From: Spironucleus salmonicida
Lineage: Eukaryota
Length of the DNA: 64,000 nt
Reading direction: 5' to 3'
Assembly (NCBI RefSeq): GCF_000497125.1
Contig: NC_090602.1
Location: 1,240,001-1,304,000, forward strand
Made by a program: the position numbers and the translations under genes. The notes under the pieces were generated by a model that searched no databases, was not told where the DNA came from, and saw only the letters and a program-made list of their open reading frames with translations. Shown in pieces: positions 25,617 to 39,922 of the stretch; position 1 is the first letter of the stretch; every line of letters begins with the position of its first letter.

Positions 25617-28600
25617 ATGATAAATTCTGCGTTTAATGATATGAATATAGAATCATAAAATTCTGCAGTTGAATAAACAAAATCAGATGATTATACTATA
25701 AATTCATTGTTATTAAAGAGTTTGACATAATCATAAAAAGAAAAGCTTAAAATTTCGTAATATTTTATTAAAATTTACTAATAGATAAATAATATTGAAC
25801 TAATTAAATAAGTTACTATTTAAATATTAGGAAATATTGAACTCTTAGGATCATAACTCCCAAATGCTGTTTAAATAGTTAAATAATATTTCTAGATTAC
25901 ACCAAGCATTAGACCACAAATGATTGATATTTTATCATAAAAAATAGACAGTAAAGCCACAATGCTGGTTTTACATATTATTAAATAATTAGCTGCTATA
26001 TAAGGATCTAATACTACAAAGAGTATTATTTATAGTTAAAAAATAGATAAGATTAAAAATAATAATTCTGATATTTAATAATATGTAACTAAAAATTGGG
26101 ATATATTAAAAAATTTCTATATTAAAGAGTAGTAATTTCGTTTTAAAGAAAAAATACAATTTTCTCCAGATATTTAGCCAGAAATTATGAGCATTTCACT
26201 TAGTTAAGGACTACCTTAAATGATTGAAATATCAAATGAAATGAAATCTCAAGCATATAATATGGCTATTTAGCAATTAAATCCATTCCTAGACTACTAA
26301 TTCTAGTAATAAGAAGATAGTAACCCTAAGGATTCATTAAAAATTTTAATTAATACATCTATTTCTTTATTAGAGAAAGAAGTTAAACCTATCTATATTA
26401 ATTTTTTAAATATAGTTATACTATACTATAAATAAGAAATAACAGAAAATTAACTTAATCATATTGTACATTTTCTTCTATAGTAATATGATTAATCTAA
26501 TATTATTAAGTCACTGGTAGACTGCTTACTTGTCTAATTTTTCGATGACGTATTTTATAAATTAGTATAGAATAAATTATTTGAATAATATTTTATGCGA
26601 ATAATTTAAATTCTATTTGTTGTTTACTATTAATTTGATATTCAAATTTCTTAATAGTTTGCATCGAACTATAAAAAATTCATAAGACCGATAATTGATG
26701 ATTTAATGTATTTAAATGATAGACCATTTATGATATTTAATAAAATAATGTAAACGAGCTACTATTTTTGGGAAGAATTATGTTTACAAATTTTTTAACA
26801 AACAAATTCATATTAGAAATTTAAGTTTGAATCCAGTAATAACATCATCATTTCTGATTTTTTAAATTCTCTCGTGTCAACTGATAAGAAGGTAGTAATA
26901 TTAGAATAATAACATGATGCATTACACAATCAATCATATTTGTAGATACAAAATATTAATATTGTTAAAGAGTAGTATACAGTAATACTGTAGGCAATAT
27001 AGACATAGGAAAAAGCAGTTTAAAAACTTTTAGAAAATTAGCTTTATACTTCATAATTATAAATACTAGAGTTTATATTCTATGTTATCTAGATAAATTC
27101 TCCTTTAATTAACACTTTACTGAGTATCATTATGAATTCTTCAATTCTATGCAAAATGTATGATAATATTGTGTTATTCTAGGCTAAATAAAGAGATTAT
27201 AATTCTATTTAAAAAGTACTATAGTTTTATTTTTAAAACTAATCTAATAATATTGACTAAACTATCAATCTAAATAAGTATATAGAACTTATTGAGAGAT
27301 ATTATCTTTATGGTTGGCTTATGGAGATTGAATGCCTATTCCTGTGTAAAGATATAAATAAGGATATATAAATTCATCTAATTAATTCAATATTATCTTA
27401 TATTAGTTAATAATATGATCTTAATGTATTAGAAGTAGTATTTACAAATAAAATTTAATCTTGTCAAATTCCATATATTGCTATACTCGGCCTATACATT
27501 GTGCATTATTATATATATTAAAATAAGATTAATATCAAAGATATATAAATTTATGATGTGCAAACAAAGTATCAGACAAAGCCTATCGTTACTGATTAAT
27601 ATTTTAAAATAGTGTAAATTAAAAAATTATCAAATTTTGTTAAAATAACTGCAATACTTCTAAACTCATAAACATTTACACACTAACAAGCTGAATATTA
27701 TCAATTTATACCTTATATTTTAGCGTAGATTTCATAAATTGAAGTAGAAAACGGAAACTCATTTGAAGAGCCAAAATATATAAGATCTACATCAACATAA
27801 AAATCTAAATAATTCTCAATTTACAAGTCCAAACGACCTAACTAATCATTTGTCTCACATTTTGTATAAGAATACAATTAACTTCATGAACTTAAAGATA
27901 AATTAAACTTTTTAAAAACGCTTTTAAATGAAATTTCTTAATCCCCAGATATATTCAAAATTGACTCGGAATTTTGCTAATTTTCGTTAAGGCTACTTAA
28001 GATAGAGACAAATTCTACTATTATTGAAATGTTTTTATAAATTCTTAATTTCATATTTTAAGGAAATTATTCAAATAAATAGGTATTAATAAAATCGACA
28101 ATTGATGATACTATAATTTTACTTAATAGTAGAAAGAAAAATTTAATATTTTATGCAAACCAAGTTTGTAATTCAATTATATCCTAAGAAACATAATTAT
28201 TCTAGTAAGACTTTGTTATTAAAAATAATTATTTTGCATCAGCAATAATTGCAGCTATTAAAAATACTAATTTATAGAATATAATGTTTGGATACATTGG
28301 ATAGTATGTTATTCCAAATATTGAAAGCTAAGATGCGTTTTTTTATAATGAATTTATCAAAAAAATTTATAAATTTGCGAAAGATAGCGTAAACTATAGT
28401 TAAATTGTTAATGAAATTGAGCGAATTTTCCCTTAAAGTAAAATTACCAGCAGACCTGCAACTCCAATTAAGAAAATATTAAGATCATAAATTCCAGTAT
28501 AAGTAAAATCTAGACCAGTAACTCCAGTTAAGAAAGAATTAAGAGAAAGCCAACTATTGTAAAAAACTATTGATTCATCATAAATCTAACCTGAAACTTT

Positions 28601-30095
28601 ATCATGTTCCTAATTATTTAACTAAAGACAAACAAATAATGACATATACAGTAAAAAATAACCTTCGGAACTTTGGGAGGTTTTATTTTAAAATAATTTA
28701 GCAACATAATAGACGAACTAGGAATTAATAGCTATAACTAATTAAGCAACATAAAACTTTACTCAGTTTTAACACGTACTAGATATCATAATCTTACTTA
28801 TTTAAAATAATATTACCTCAATAATAATAAAACCATTTATATAACTCTGTAAATCTATTAAAATCTCTAACTTAAATTATTCTACTTATTTGTAGTAAAT
28901 TATTTTGTAGACTCTTTTAATGGTAAACGAAAGCGAAAATGAAAGCTTAGATGAATTTATACTAAGCTATTCGAATTTTGCTGACTTATAATTTCTCATT
29001 TTCTCATTTTCATATTTTCATGAACAAAAAACTATAGAAATTTTGTTTGATATCGGAGTAAAAATAATGAAAAATGATGTCTAAATAGCTTAAGTTTTAG
29101 CATTAACAATGTTAGAAAAATAGTGTAATAAAAAATTAACTAGAGAAAATATCATATAGTAATGCAAAATAGTTTTAAATTTAGATAGATAAGATTCTTA
29201 CGACAATATATTTATAGAAAAAAGCAAGGACATTTTTAAGTTATTCAATTATTAATCTAGCTCTGAAGTAGATATGTTTAAACTATTTCCTGTACTTAAT
29301 GAGATTGATTTGTCTGTTTCAACAATTTTCAAAGATTTGAATGATTAATTGAACTTAGAATTTAATAGTTCTTAAATATAGTGCACATAAAATATTAGTG
29401 AGAATATAGATTAAAATGTAGAATGTACATAAATCTAAGTATTATAATCACTTTGCTCAGATTTATTAATAGGAAATGAATTCATTGAAAGTATTTAATA
29501 GGTTAGCTAATAGTTGACACCAATTAAATAGAATTATGATATTATTAGTTAATTAGTTTTGAAAATTTTATTAAAAGTTGTGAAATACTATAATATTTTA
29601 GAAGAAAAATATATTATTTAAATTCTTAATAATGTTGATATATACGTAGATATTAGAGACGTATAAATGGCATTTGAAATCTTAAAATTCAGTCAAAACG
29701 ATTTCCCTATTATAAATCAAATTCTAACAAAATAAATATCTAATTTAGGTCTGACTCAGCTTATCCAACCTATTATTTAATTTTCTATTTCCATATATAG
29801 TTAAGATGAAATTCAGGATATTTAATACTTAAAATAACTACTATTACTTACAAGTATGCCACCTAGAATTTTAGCTATGAAAACTAATGATTATTCAGAA
29901 ATTAAATCAATATTCCACCTAATTATTGATCAAATACCATAACTTGAAGACATTGACTTTTAAGATAAATAATATAAAATTGCAATTCATCCTCTTTCCA
30001 TTTTAAAATTTATAGTTCAAGAGTTTAAGTTTGTGTATTATTCTAACGAAGACCAGTTTGAGGATTTCTCTGATATAACAATTTGGTTAAAATGA
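25617..30095 (+). CDS. Large helical (HEAT/TOG-like) protein with a central basic Ser/Pro linker, 1492 aa
   Basis: ATG 25617 and TGA 30093-30095 are in frame; central SRPATPIKK/SRPVTPVKK repeat with an SQIP motif. Middle was only spot-checked. Confidence 0.6.
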
Positions 30096-30100
30096 TTTTA

Positions 30101-31051
30101 TCATAAGTTTTACATCAGTCTTAGCAATGTTATAATTTTCATACTAATATCAAACTCTAATTCTAAATTCTATACTATTTTTTTAATTTAAAAAATATGC
30201 TATTTCGTGAAGGTTAAACAAAATTCGAGTATATTACGATTATCTTAACTTAATCGTGGAAGTGGAAACTCCTTTGATATAGATTTATAAAGCAATCGTG
30301 TGAACGAAAAATGGCTCTCTAACTGTTTTGATTTTTAAAAAACTTCAAGTATTTCAGATTAACTAAGTTATCTAAACTCATCATAGTCAGCGGAAAATAT
30401 ATTCTAAAAGTTAAACTAATCCAATAACCTTATTAAGGTAGTTTTGGATATTTGAGATGAACAAGCTAAACAGTTATTAATTGCAACAGAATTTGTTTTC
30501 GCAAGTTGTAACTATATTATCTCGTCATAGGTTGTTTCAGTCTTTGTTTAATTTTTGCAGTTAATAAGTGAAATACTTTCTAAATCTTCAAATTATTTAA
30601 CTTTTTCTGATGCATATTTAGAAAATTATTTAGTATCTTATAATATACTTAAATTTTAATAGGAAAACTTTGTCTTTTATTGCAAATTGGTAGAAGATAA
30701 AGCTAATGGTGATACTGAATAATTAATATTTGGTTAGATCGGGGTATTATACAGATTATTAGGTTTATTTTATAATTACTATGGTTTAATAACGGTACTT
30801 GAAACTTTAGGCTTCATATGTATATCTTCATCTTTGATTTCATATTCATCAGATGAACTACATTATATTTACAGTTCCTTTAGTAATTTTTAAACTTCAA
30901 TTTCGTCTTACACATCCTAAAGTTTATCACTATATGCTACTGAAAATTATTTATTTTTAAAGCTCTACTTAATATTTACAGTATTTTATGAATGCTCAGC
31001 AGATGGTTGAATCTCTAAACTCTGCATAATGTCATATATAACTCCATCCAT
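30101..31051 (-). CDS. Hypothetical protein, 316 aa
   Basis: Code-6 frame from MDGVIYDIMQSLE to TGA at 30101-30103. Confidence 0.6.
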
Positions 31052-31164
31052 TATATTATCTTTGTTATATTATATTAATATATAAATTCTACTACAATCA
31101 AATGTTCATTTAAAAACATACGATATAAAGAATTATTATGAGCCTAATCTACCAAATCCATCCC

Positions 31165-32040
31165 TCACTTCTTCTTCGTATTCTTAGTCTCAAGCTCCTG
31201 CAGTACCCTCGTTTTCACTTTATCCAGCTCATTTTGAGCTGCAATTTTGATCGCCTCAGCCATCTTGTCCACGTCAATCTCGCTCTCCTTGTCTGTATTT
31301 TAGGTCTCCTCCATCTTAACTTCTGTAATAATCTCCTTAATCTGCTCGTCAGCTTTCTCGTCTGCTGTTGGAGGTGCTGGTTTGAACCACTGTACTGCCT
31401 AGCTCAAAGGCTGCAAAGTTACGTTGTACTCATACTTCGCCTTCTCTAATTTAGTAGTTAAATCAGGCTTTTAAGCACCGCTTTTGCTTCCTGGCCGGCT
31501 GCCACCTTTCGTTGCTTTGGGTTCCTCAGCTCCGCCCAAAACGACGCCAAGTTGTCTTATGCTTTAAATAGAAACTATCTCGTTGATTTGTCTAGATTTT
31601 ATACTCAAAATCGGTTGTGGAGAGAATAAAAAACGCCAGAAAGAGCCGGTTTGGCAGTAGAATTCGTCCAAAAATTCAGCGCAAATCAGAGACTGAGAAT
31701 ACTCCAAAGGTGCAGTATAGAAGGTCGGAATTTCAAGTGAAAACTGTAGGAGACGGTTCCTGGCAGTAGCATACAGATCTGCCTGCGAGGACGAAATATT
31801 CTCGGAGTGTAGGTCAACCAGGGCAGTAAAAAGCGCACAGGATGCAAAATCTGATGAAAGGCGCGATGTGGCGAACACCAAAAAATTGTTTAGTAGTTCG
31901 CAAATTGCTTCGTGCTGAGGAGAAGGTTTTTATGCATTAAAAAAGAGTTTTGCAAACTAATCCGCGGTTTCTGGGTTATTAACTAGCTCTAGATATTCTT
32001 CTGGTTAGATATAAAGGTTTTAGGGGACTGAAGTATTCAT
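31165..32040 (-). CDS. Flagellar central-pair protein, C1a-32/CFAP119-like, 291 aa
   Basis: RLLQFSLEIPTFYTAPLEYSQSLICAEFLDEFYCQTGSFWRFLF resembles the C1a-32 core; C-terminal coiled coil. Confidence 0.6.
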
Positions 32041-32201
32041 GCGGACGAAATTAGGAATGAATATATTATGTAAAAAAGTATATAATAATAGTATAATATA
32101 TTGAACTTGAACTTATTATTATATACAAATAAAAATATATCAGTTTATGGTGAAATTGTATATTTTATATCTTTGTTATATAATTAACAAATTGTTTGAA
32201 A

Positions 32202-35200
32202 ATGACCACTCGACCTGTATTAGCCATTGACATTGGCTATGTTAATCTAGTGTTAAGTTCGTTAAGCAAAGATAATAAATAAAAGATATGCGGTATTTAT
32301 GGTGATGAAAACTATAAATAACCAAATTTTGATTTTGATGAGGAAAATAAACCATTTATTTGTTAACGCAATAAAGGATATCCAATATTCTACAAATCAG
32401 AATTTTTTAATTCAGACGATATAAAATATCCAACTTTGCCAGAAATTTAGCTAGCTTACTTATCAATTCCTATATCATCAATCTTCTCATGTATTTTTAA
32501 ATAAGCTAAATCTCTATTTCCATATGCTAAGGATATTATTATTTTAGTACCAAATTCATGCAAACAATGGCATCAAGATTTTCTTAGTAAAATCATATAA
32601 TAAATTTTTTAGATTACTCCAATATTTAGTCCATCTTGTGTTTCTGGAGCCTTAAATTTTGTTAAGTAAGATTCAGAGATTGTTACAGAAAAGCTAAATG
32701 GTAAACAAACATTTAACGCATTGTATATAAATTTTGGAGCATATTATGGTGATTGCGTCGCATTTAGTGTAAATTAATAAAGAGAGGTTTAATTTCTCTA
32801 AACAAAATCATCCTATAATTATGTAATAGATAATATAGGATAACTTACATATGAAGATATTTTATTAAGATTTTAAAATAATAAAAAAACAGAAAAAATT
32901 AGGAAACAAATTTCAAAATTTAAAGGCCATATTATTGATAATATTAATACACCAAATATAGAGCAAATTGAACTTTTAGGATTGAATCAAGTTTTATCTG
33001 AAGATTTACTGATAACTAATTTTAATTCCGAGGATGATGAAAATTTAATGTATGATGATAACATTATTTATGTGGATGAAATTTATTTAAAATCAAGGTA
33101 AAAAATTATAGATTCTAAAGTTTAAGCACTTCTTAATTAAGTAATTAAATAATTTTTAGAAAATGATATTAGTTTTGATATTATTATAGGGTCGGGTGGA
33201 TATTTAGTTAACAACACCGGGGTTATAAATAAATTTGTTAACTTTGAGCTAGGGAAATCGCTAATATAAATGAAACCATTTATTTCATTTTGTGCAACTG
33301 GTGGATCTTTATTTAATCTGTTTACGCAAATAAAAATTCAAGAAAAAACTATTGATATTTACTACTGTGACATCTAATCTAACTCTATTGAACATTAAAA
33401 TATTATTCAAAGAGGATAAGAATTTTAATTTTAGTATAACGGTACTATTGTTATGGAAAGCTTAAACTAAGATATTAAAATAGCAGTAGTAGAATCTTTT
33501 AACAATAAATCTGAAATTTATTTTGTTTAAATTTAATATTGTCAACTAAATTCAAAAAGTTAATTTGATTTTAACTACTATATGTATACATATTCTCCAG
33601 ACATATATTTTACTTATTCTTAAGATAAATAATAACAAAAATATTGCAATATTATTAAATATAAGAAACATGAATTATAGTATGATTTTACCCCACAATA
33701 ATAGTAAATACTATAGACATTAAAATCAAAGGAAAAATATATTTGCTTTTTAATTTTCTCAATATAATAACTAGACAATATTTATGTATCTCATTAGTGT
33801 TTATAAATATAACAATCACCATAAAATATTTATCATGTTATGTTAGAATTATCATAATAATTATCATCATTTGATACTATCCATATGGTACTAAAATAAT
33901 TAGATTCTAACAAAATTGAATCAATTTTATAAAAATTTATCTAATACGATCTTTAATAATATGAAATTTCAGAGTAAATTATATAGAATTTTTTATCTAA
34001 ACATATTGATAAGCTTATAACCTAAACTAATGGGTTCTCTTTATGTATTAGTCCAACTATTCAAATAATTAATGAAAAATTAACTTTAATAAGTAATAAC
34101 AGTACTTACATACCTGTAAATATTAAGTATCCATATTAATTTAATGAAATTAATATTATTATGCAATCTTAAACTCAAATACTTGTTGCTTCTGACGAAT
34201 CTTCTCCATTCGTGTATGTGTTCTAGCTTTCTAGTAACTATAAGGCTCCACTTGCATCTATTTTAATAAAATAAGTTTTACTCGATGAAAATGTGCTGCC
34301 ATATTTAATTAATTAATAATTTCTTTTATATCATCTAAATGATTCTTCTCAATTAATATTAAATATGACTTAAACTATATCAAATTTTAATTAAATTTAG
34401 TAATATCTCAACAAAATAGCTATACTAATTCCATTTTTGGGAAATTCTTTAATATATTACCATGCAAAATAAAAATGTTATGCTGAAATTATATCAGATG
34501 GATGTAATAAGTACTCATTAGTCTCTTACTCAGTGATAAATCTTAAAAATTAATTTTCTGAAAACGATCCAGGAATTTCTTCTCGTAATCCAAACATATA
34601 TAATCTTTCTAGTAAACTACTTAACTTTTTAGCTTCAAATTCATTGATTTATTTACTAAATAAGGATATCAGACTTAGCGTCTCATTAGACCAGGAGTTA
34701 ATTAATTCGCATATTGTTCCAGATACAACTTCTGATTATATATTTAATGGATCCTCTAAAATATTTGTCATTACATAAATCATTCTTCCATTATAATTTG
34801 TGAAAATAAATTTCAATACATCACCAAAAGAAGGTATTAAAGTAAATTATGCATAGTTATTTAACTGTAATTTAAAACCTAGAATGTTGTGTTGTGAATG
34901 TGATAATGAACCTCATAATGGTGTTTTCATACCTACGATAATGCCATCTGGATAGATTGAGTTGTTTTCAATTGGTAGAGATTGCGCAATAAAAGATTTT
35001 TCTAATGAATATATAGCACGCCCGTTACTGTAATTATTTCCATAATACATGGAAGAAATTGATGATTAAATTGTATTTCCTATCATTTCTCTAGGTCAAG
35101 TGATGTTTGGTCTCCAGTTGCAGAATTGCAAAAAATGGATATAATAAGCTCTTAGTTATAACTTAGTAACTTCATAAACAACTCCATGTTGTCCAACACA

Positions 35201-35561
35201 TAAAGAGGCAGCGTAATAAATTCCTGGAGATGCTTTTTATTAAAAATGCCCTATATCGTCATGTCATCTACATTTTTGTGATTACTGCTTTAACTGGCAT
35301 GAGAGAATAAATCCATATGAACGAAAGTGTACTGCTGGTATGATATAGTGTCCAAATTGTAAGATAATAGGTGAAAGAGATGATAAATGTTTAGTAACAA
35401 CCTGTATTTGTTAGGTTCATTTTTGCACTTTTCCAGACTGTGGGAAATGGTATAAAAAGTATAAAGATTGTGAAAATCATGTTTTTACACATAAAAGAGG
35501 AATTGGAATCTATGAAAGAGGTAATTCATCTGATACTAAAATAAATGCTGCCCATCTCTGA
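32202..35561 (+). CDS. Fusion of a degenerate Hsp70-like (actin-fold) domain with a C-terminal IBR-RING2 (RBR E3 ligase) module, 1119 aa
   Basis: N-terminal VLAIDIG, IIILVP, LYINFGAYYGD, DIIIGSGG, FCATGG; C-terminal CCPTH..CPISSCHLHFCDYCFNWH and CPNC..ERDDKC...TCICQVHFC, all in one frame. Confidence 0.75.
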
Positions 35562-35604
35562 AATAATTTATATTCAATATAATATTTAAGAAATATAATT
35601 TAAA

Positions 35605-37794
35605 ATGGTAAACTACTAGTACGTCTTTAATGAAGCTAGTATGAATAATTATTATCCTTTAAATCAGTTGATTAACTATACTTTTACATTAGATGATTAT
35701 CACTAAGTTTATGAGTGTTTTAATAACTGTACATCTACAGATATAAAATTTATTATACTATCATTCCTTAATTCAAAGCTTGCTGGTAAAATAGCCTAAT
35801 AATTTGCCAAAACTATAACTAAGCTTAATATTAATTATGAGTTAAATGTACCACTCACTTAAGCATTAGGAAAGTTTATTTTTCGATCAAACTAACTTGG
35901 TGAGGTATAAATTGATATAGATAATTAAAATGTTATTTTAAGTGCATTATCATATAAATAAAATATAGATCTTTCCTTTTCTTCTCTCTGCTTCCCATTA
36001 GACAATATTTTTAAGGTGTAAGTTCTAAAAATAATTATCTCATAAGTTATGCTTACTCGAGAACAGCTTAACGAGTTAATTCCAGAAATTATAAATTTTT
36101 TACCTTAAACTAATTCTATTTTGGATGAAATTTTTCGAAAGAAAATGAATATTGTATTTTTAATGAAATTAGCACTAGCACTTCCAACTTATTAGCGTTT
36201 TAAGCAACTTTAGAATATGTTTGACTATTAATTTCTGATTTCTAAACCTGAAAAAGTTGCAAAATTATTTGAAGTGTTGAAAAATGATGTAATATGTTAA
36301 TTTACTTAGGATTTAGATACTGAAAATATTATAGATTTTTATCAATTTTTTGGGCAAATTTTCCATATTTTTAATCAAATTAAACTTACATGGTTTCAAT
36401 AAATTGCAGCATAATTTTTATTATAGACAGATTAGGTTCTATACCTCTCAGAACAGTCTTAATTCTTCTTTTAAGGTCTTTTTAAATATATACTAAATCA
36501 AGAAATTTTAGACTTAATGATATAACGTATTGATTAATATCCATTAGAAATTTAAATTTAAGTGTTTTGTAATTTATTCAGTTATGATCTTATTAACCAA
36601 AATGCATTAAATTGCTGTCTTCAAATTTTAACTGGAAACTTCCCGATCGAAACTACGAATTTCGCATGCTATTAACTTTGCTAAATGTCATAATCTAAAA
36701 ATCAAATCGATGCAAATATTATATTAAATGCATTTGTTATCTATCAAAGAATTCTAAGACAAAACTTTACTTAGATTTTTACTTTAAATGTATTTGAATA
36801 TTACGATTTTACGTAAACTACTATCTCAGGAGCTTTAAACTAACTATCAAAAGTCCTTTTAGGGTGCAAATAATGTGATTTTTAGCAAGCTATTTAAACT
36901 GAGATTTTATAAAATATATACTTTACGCCTCATGTAGCTCTGTTCAACTTCATTTCATTTTAGAGTAATATTCTAGATATTTTATCTCTTGATCTTCAAA
37001 ATCAATTACTAATTTATATTGTTTTGCTCACAATTTAAGCTCAGAATGACACAGAAAATTAATACTAAAAACCTGAAATATGTGATTTAGAAGAATACTA
37101 AATTGGATATATACTAAGTTTTCTGGCATCTTTTGAGTTCAACCCTGAGCTTCAAGAATTCGTTCTTTTTTTACTTAACAAATAAGTAAAAAATTAATTT
37201 ATAAGTGATTTATTAATCGAAAGTGTGTATGAGTTAATACCAAATCTAGTATACAACAAGAATGGGGATGTTTTAGTGCAAAATATCTGTATTTTAGTTG
37301 ATTTTTGTAAACGGTAGATAGTTTCTGACGATCTACTACGGGTGATAATGGAGTTGTATAATTTGAAAGATGACGAAATTAGTGTCCTTGAGTAAATTAA
37401 AATACTATTTAATAATGAGGTACTTTAGTATATGACAGAGATTCTTGGTAGCGAGGAGCCGGTGGTGCGGGTGTGCTTCAGCCTACTAGCAGGCTTCATG
37501 AATTTCGGGGTCGATGTTGCAGGGATTCTGAAGGGGTTGGTGTTAGGATTCTTGGAGAACAAGAACTAGGATAGCAGGCGGAACCAGTACGAAATTAGTT
37601 GCGTGCTGAGCTACCTAAAAAATGAGGATATCCTACTGGTTCTAGGCACAGCGCTGGAGGAGCACAAGGGCGCAATAGTAGGGTAGATAGCAGATATGCT
37701 TGAATGTATACTCACAATGACCTATGACAAGTTCGATCGGTAGACCGAGATTAAGCTGCTTCTTGAAAAAGTAAAGGGTATAGTATTATTATGA
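35605..37794 (+). CDS. Hypothetical helical-repeat (possibly karyopherin-like) protein, 729 aa
   Basis: Start and stop are in frame in code 6; amphipathic helical pattern. The last ~118 codons lie in the left arm of the inverted repeat. Confidence 0.6.
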
Positions 37795-37826
37795 TATGAG
37801 TTATATTGTCCTTCTACTTCCTAGCA

Positions 37827-38957
37827 ATGATCAACCATCTACCAGTGGCCATTGCGTTATTCATTCTTTTGAACTATATCGATCAGGTACAGTCCCTATA
37901 ACTTGGCAAGGACTATAGGGTGTATCTTTTTATTTTCATATCCCACGTTCTGCTCTGCGTGTACTACTCCAATCAGTTTAAATTAGCCAGGTACCCGTTC
38001 ATTAAGAAGATCGAGCTTAAAGTACTGGTATCCAGCCTGTTATTGGATCCCCTTTGGCTAGCTGAAATATTTAAACCAAATTTGGAATACTAGTCTATTG
38101 GCGCATTTGGTTTGTTTCTAATTATCAATGGTATGTTGTCATCAGATAATGTGATGTTCAGTATCGGATGTATGATACTACCTTCAGCAAATCCCCTGAT
38201 ATCTGTATTCACTTTGCTCCTGTTTTGGAAGGAGCTAGTACGCGCCCAAAAGATTAAATTAATATTACTATCGGCAATCTCACTGATTATTCACATATTT
38301 TATTTGAAAGATTTTAACCTAAACTATCTTGTAACGACAAAGAGCCAAGAATTCTGGCTGTACTACAAACTGTCCAGTACCAGATTCTAACCATACTACA
38401 GTTTGATCAGTATAACGCTTATTGGGGCTGTCCTTCTCTTGCGTAATAGGCGTATTCCGTAGATGCACAACCTTATTTACAAGCTTACGTTAATCTCCAT
38501 CATTCTCAAATCGATGTCCGTCTATAAATTCGACGCTTGTTTCCTACAGATCATCTTTTATTCTCTCACTTTGATCAATAAAAACCTATTCTTCATTCCA
38601 ATCTACTCTAGCTTTGTGTTTCTGGTCGTCTACCCGAAGATATACAAAAGTTGGAAAATTGGTATTGTAATCGCTGCGTCGTACGTCCTTTTCGTTGGAG
38701 TGTTAACACTTTTGTCAAGTTTTTACAAAAATCACATCTTCCGGTAGCAACGCATCTTAATGTTCTTGTTTTCGTTCCTACCAATCACCATAGTGGTGTT
38801 CTCCTTCTTTGGAGGAAATATAGTTCTGCTGATCCTTCAGGAAAGCTTCGAACTCTTCTACTTATTATTGATTTTCATCACAATATTAGTTATATACCTG
38901 ATTACTAATGGTGAGCAGGAGGAGTCTTTTTGGTAGAGCTCAGTGAGTGATTAGTGA
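37827..38957 (+). CDS. Multi-pass membrane protein, copy 1, 376 aa
   Basis: A code-6 frame joins supplied ORFs 38112 and 38463; many hydrophobic segments; ends TAG-TGA. Confidence 0.75.
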
Positions 38958-39025
38958 TAGTTATATTTCGAATCTTGAAATTCCATGTATTATACCCTAA
39001 CTACTGTAAAACTTAACTTTCCAGA

Positions 39026-39922
39026 ATGGATAGCGAACATTTTGATCTGCTCCGCTAGCAACACGAAGCCCGCTAGCTTTAACTTATGGCTGATATCAAT
39101 TAATTAAAATCTGAACTCGCTCATGAACGATCAGTGTCGGCCTAACTGAATAATTCGCTGATGACGCAGACAAACGCGCATGCTAATGATACATCGCAGC
39201 TATAGGCTTCCTTGGCAGCAGCACAACTTAGAACAGAGCAGCTTACCCAAATTAATACTGATAATAAAGCGGAACTTTACGACCTGCGAAACGAGCGACG
39301 AAACTCGTAGATGTAGCTTGATGCAGCTAGACATGAATTTTTCTCATTATAGCGGCAAAATTAAACGCAGAAAGAAGAATTAATTCGGATGCAATCTCAG
39401 TTTATGGAGAGATAGGGCGCATACGAGTCGAAAATTGAAACCCTTAAGGCCGCAATTAATGGAGTATCTGGGTTGAATAATTTTAGAAATGGCGGTTTCT
39501 CTGCTGCTGTTTCTGCACTTGTTGAATCTGGAAATGACAAAGAATTGTTTCTTGCAAAAATTGCTATGCTTACTAATTAGAATGACGAATTGCTTACGCA
39601 AAATGTGAAAAATGAAACCTAGATTAAGTAACTCAAAGTTAAGATCAAATAATATCAGCATTCTTTTGAAGGTAATAATGTCCCATCGGTGAAAATACTC
39701 ATGGAACAAGTGGAGTAACTTAATGAGGAGAAAGAAGTATTAGAGGACGAAGTGGATACGAAAGCCAAGAGGATGGTTAAAATGAAACATGATATTTAAG
39801 AGCTTATAAGCGAAAATAAGAAATTACGAGCTACTACTGTAGAAATGAAATAAAACTTCCGCAACCTGCAGGATATCCGAGAACAGATTCGGGAAATGAT
39901 TGATGACGAAATGAACGAATGA
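39026..39922 (+). CDS. Coiled-coil protein, copy 1, 298 aa
   Basis: MDSEHFDLLRQQHEARQ...IREMIDDEMNE; continuous heptad-rich frame. Confidence 0.8.
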
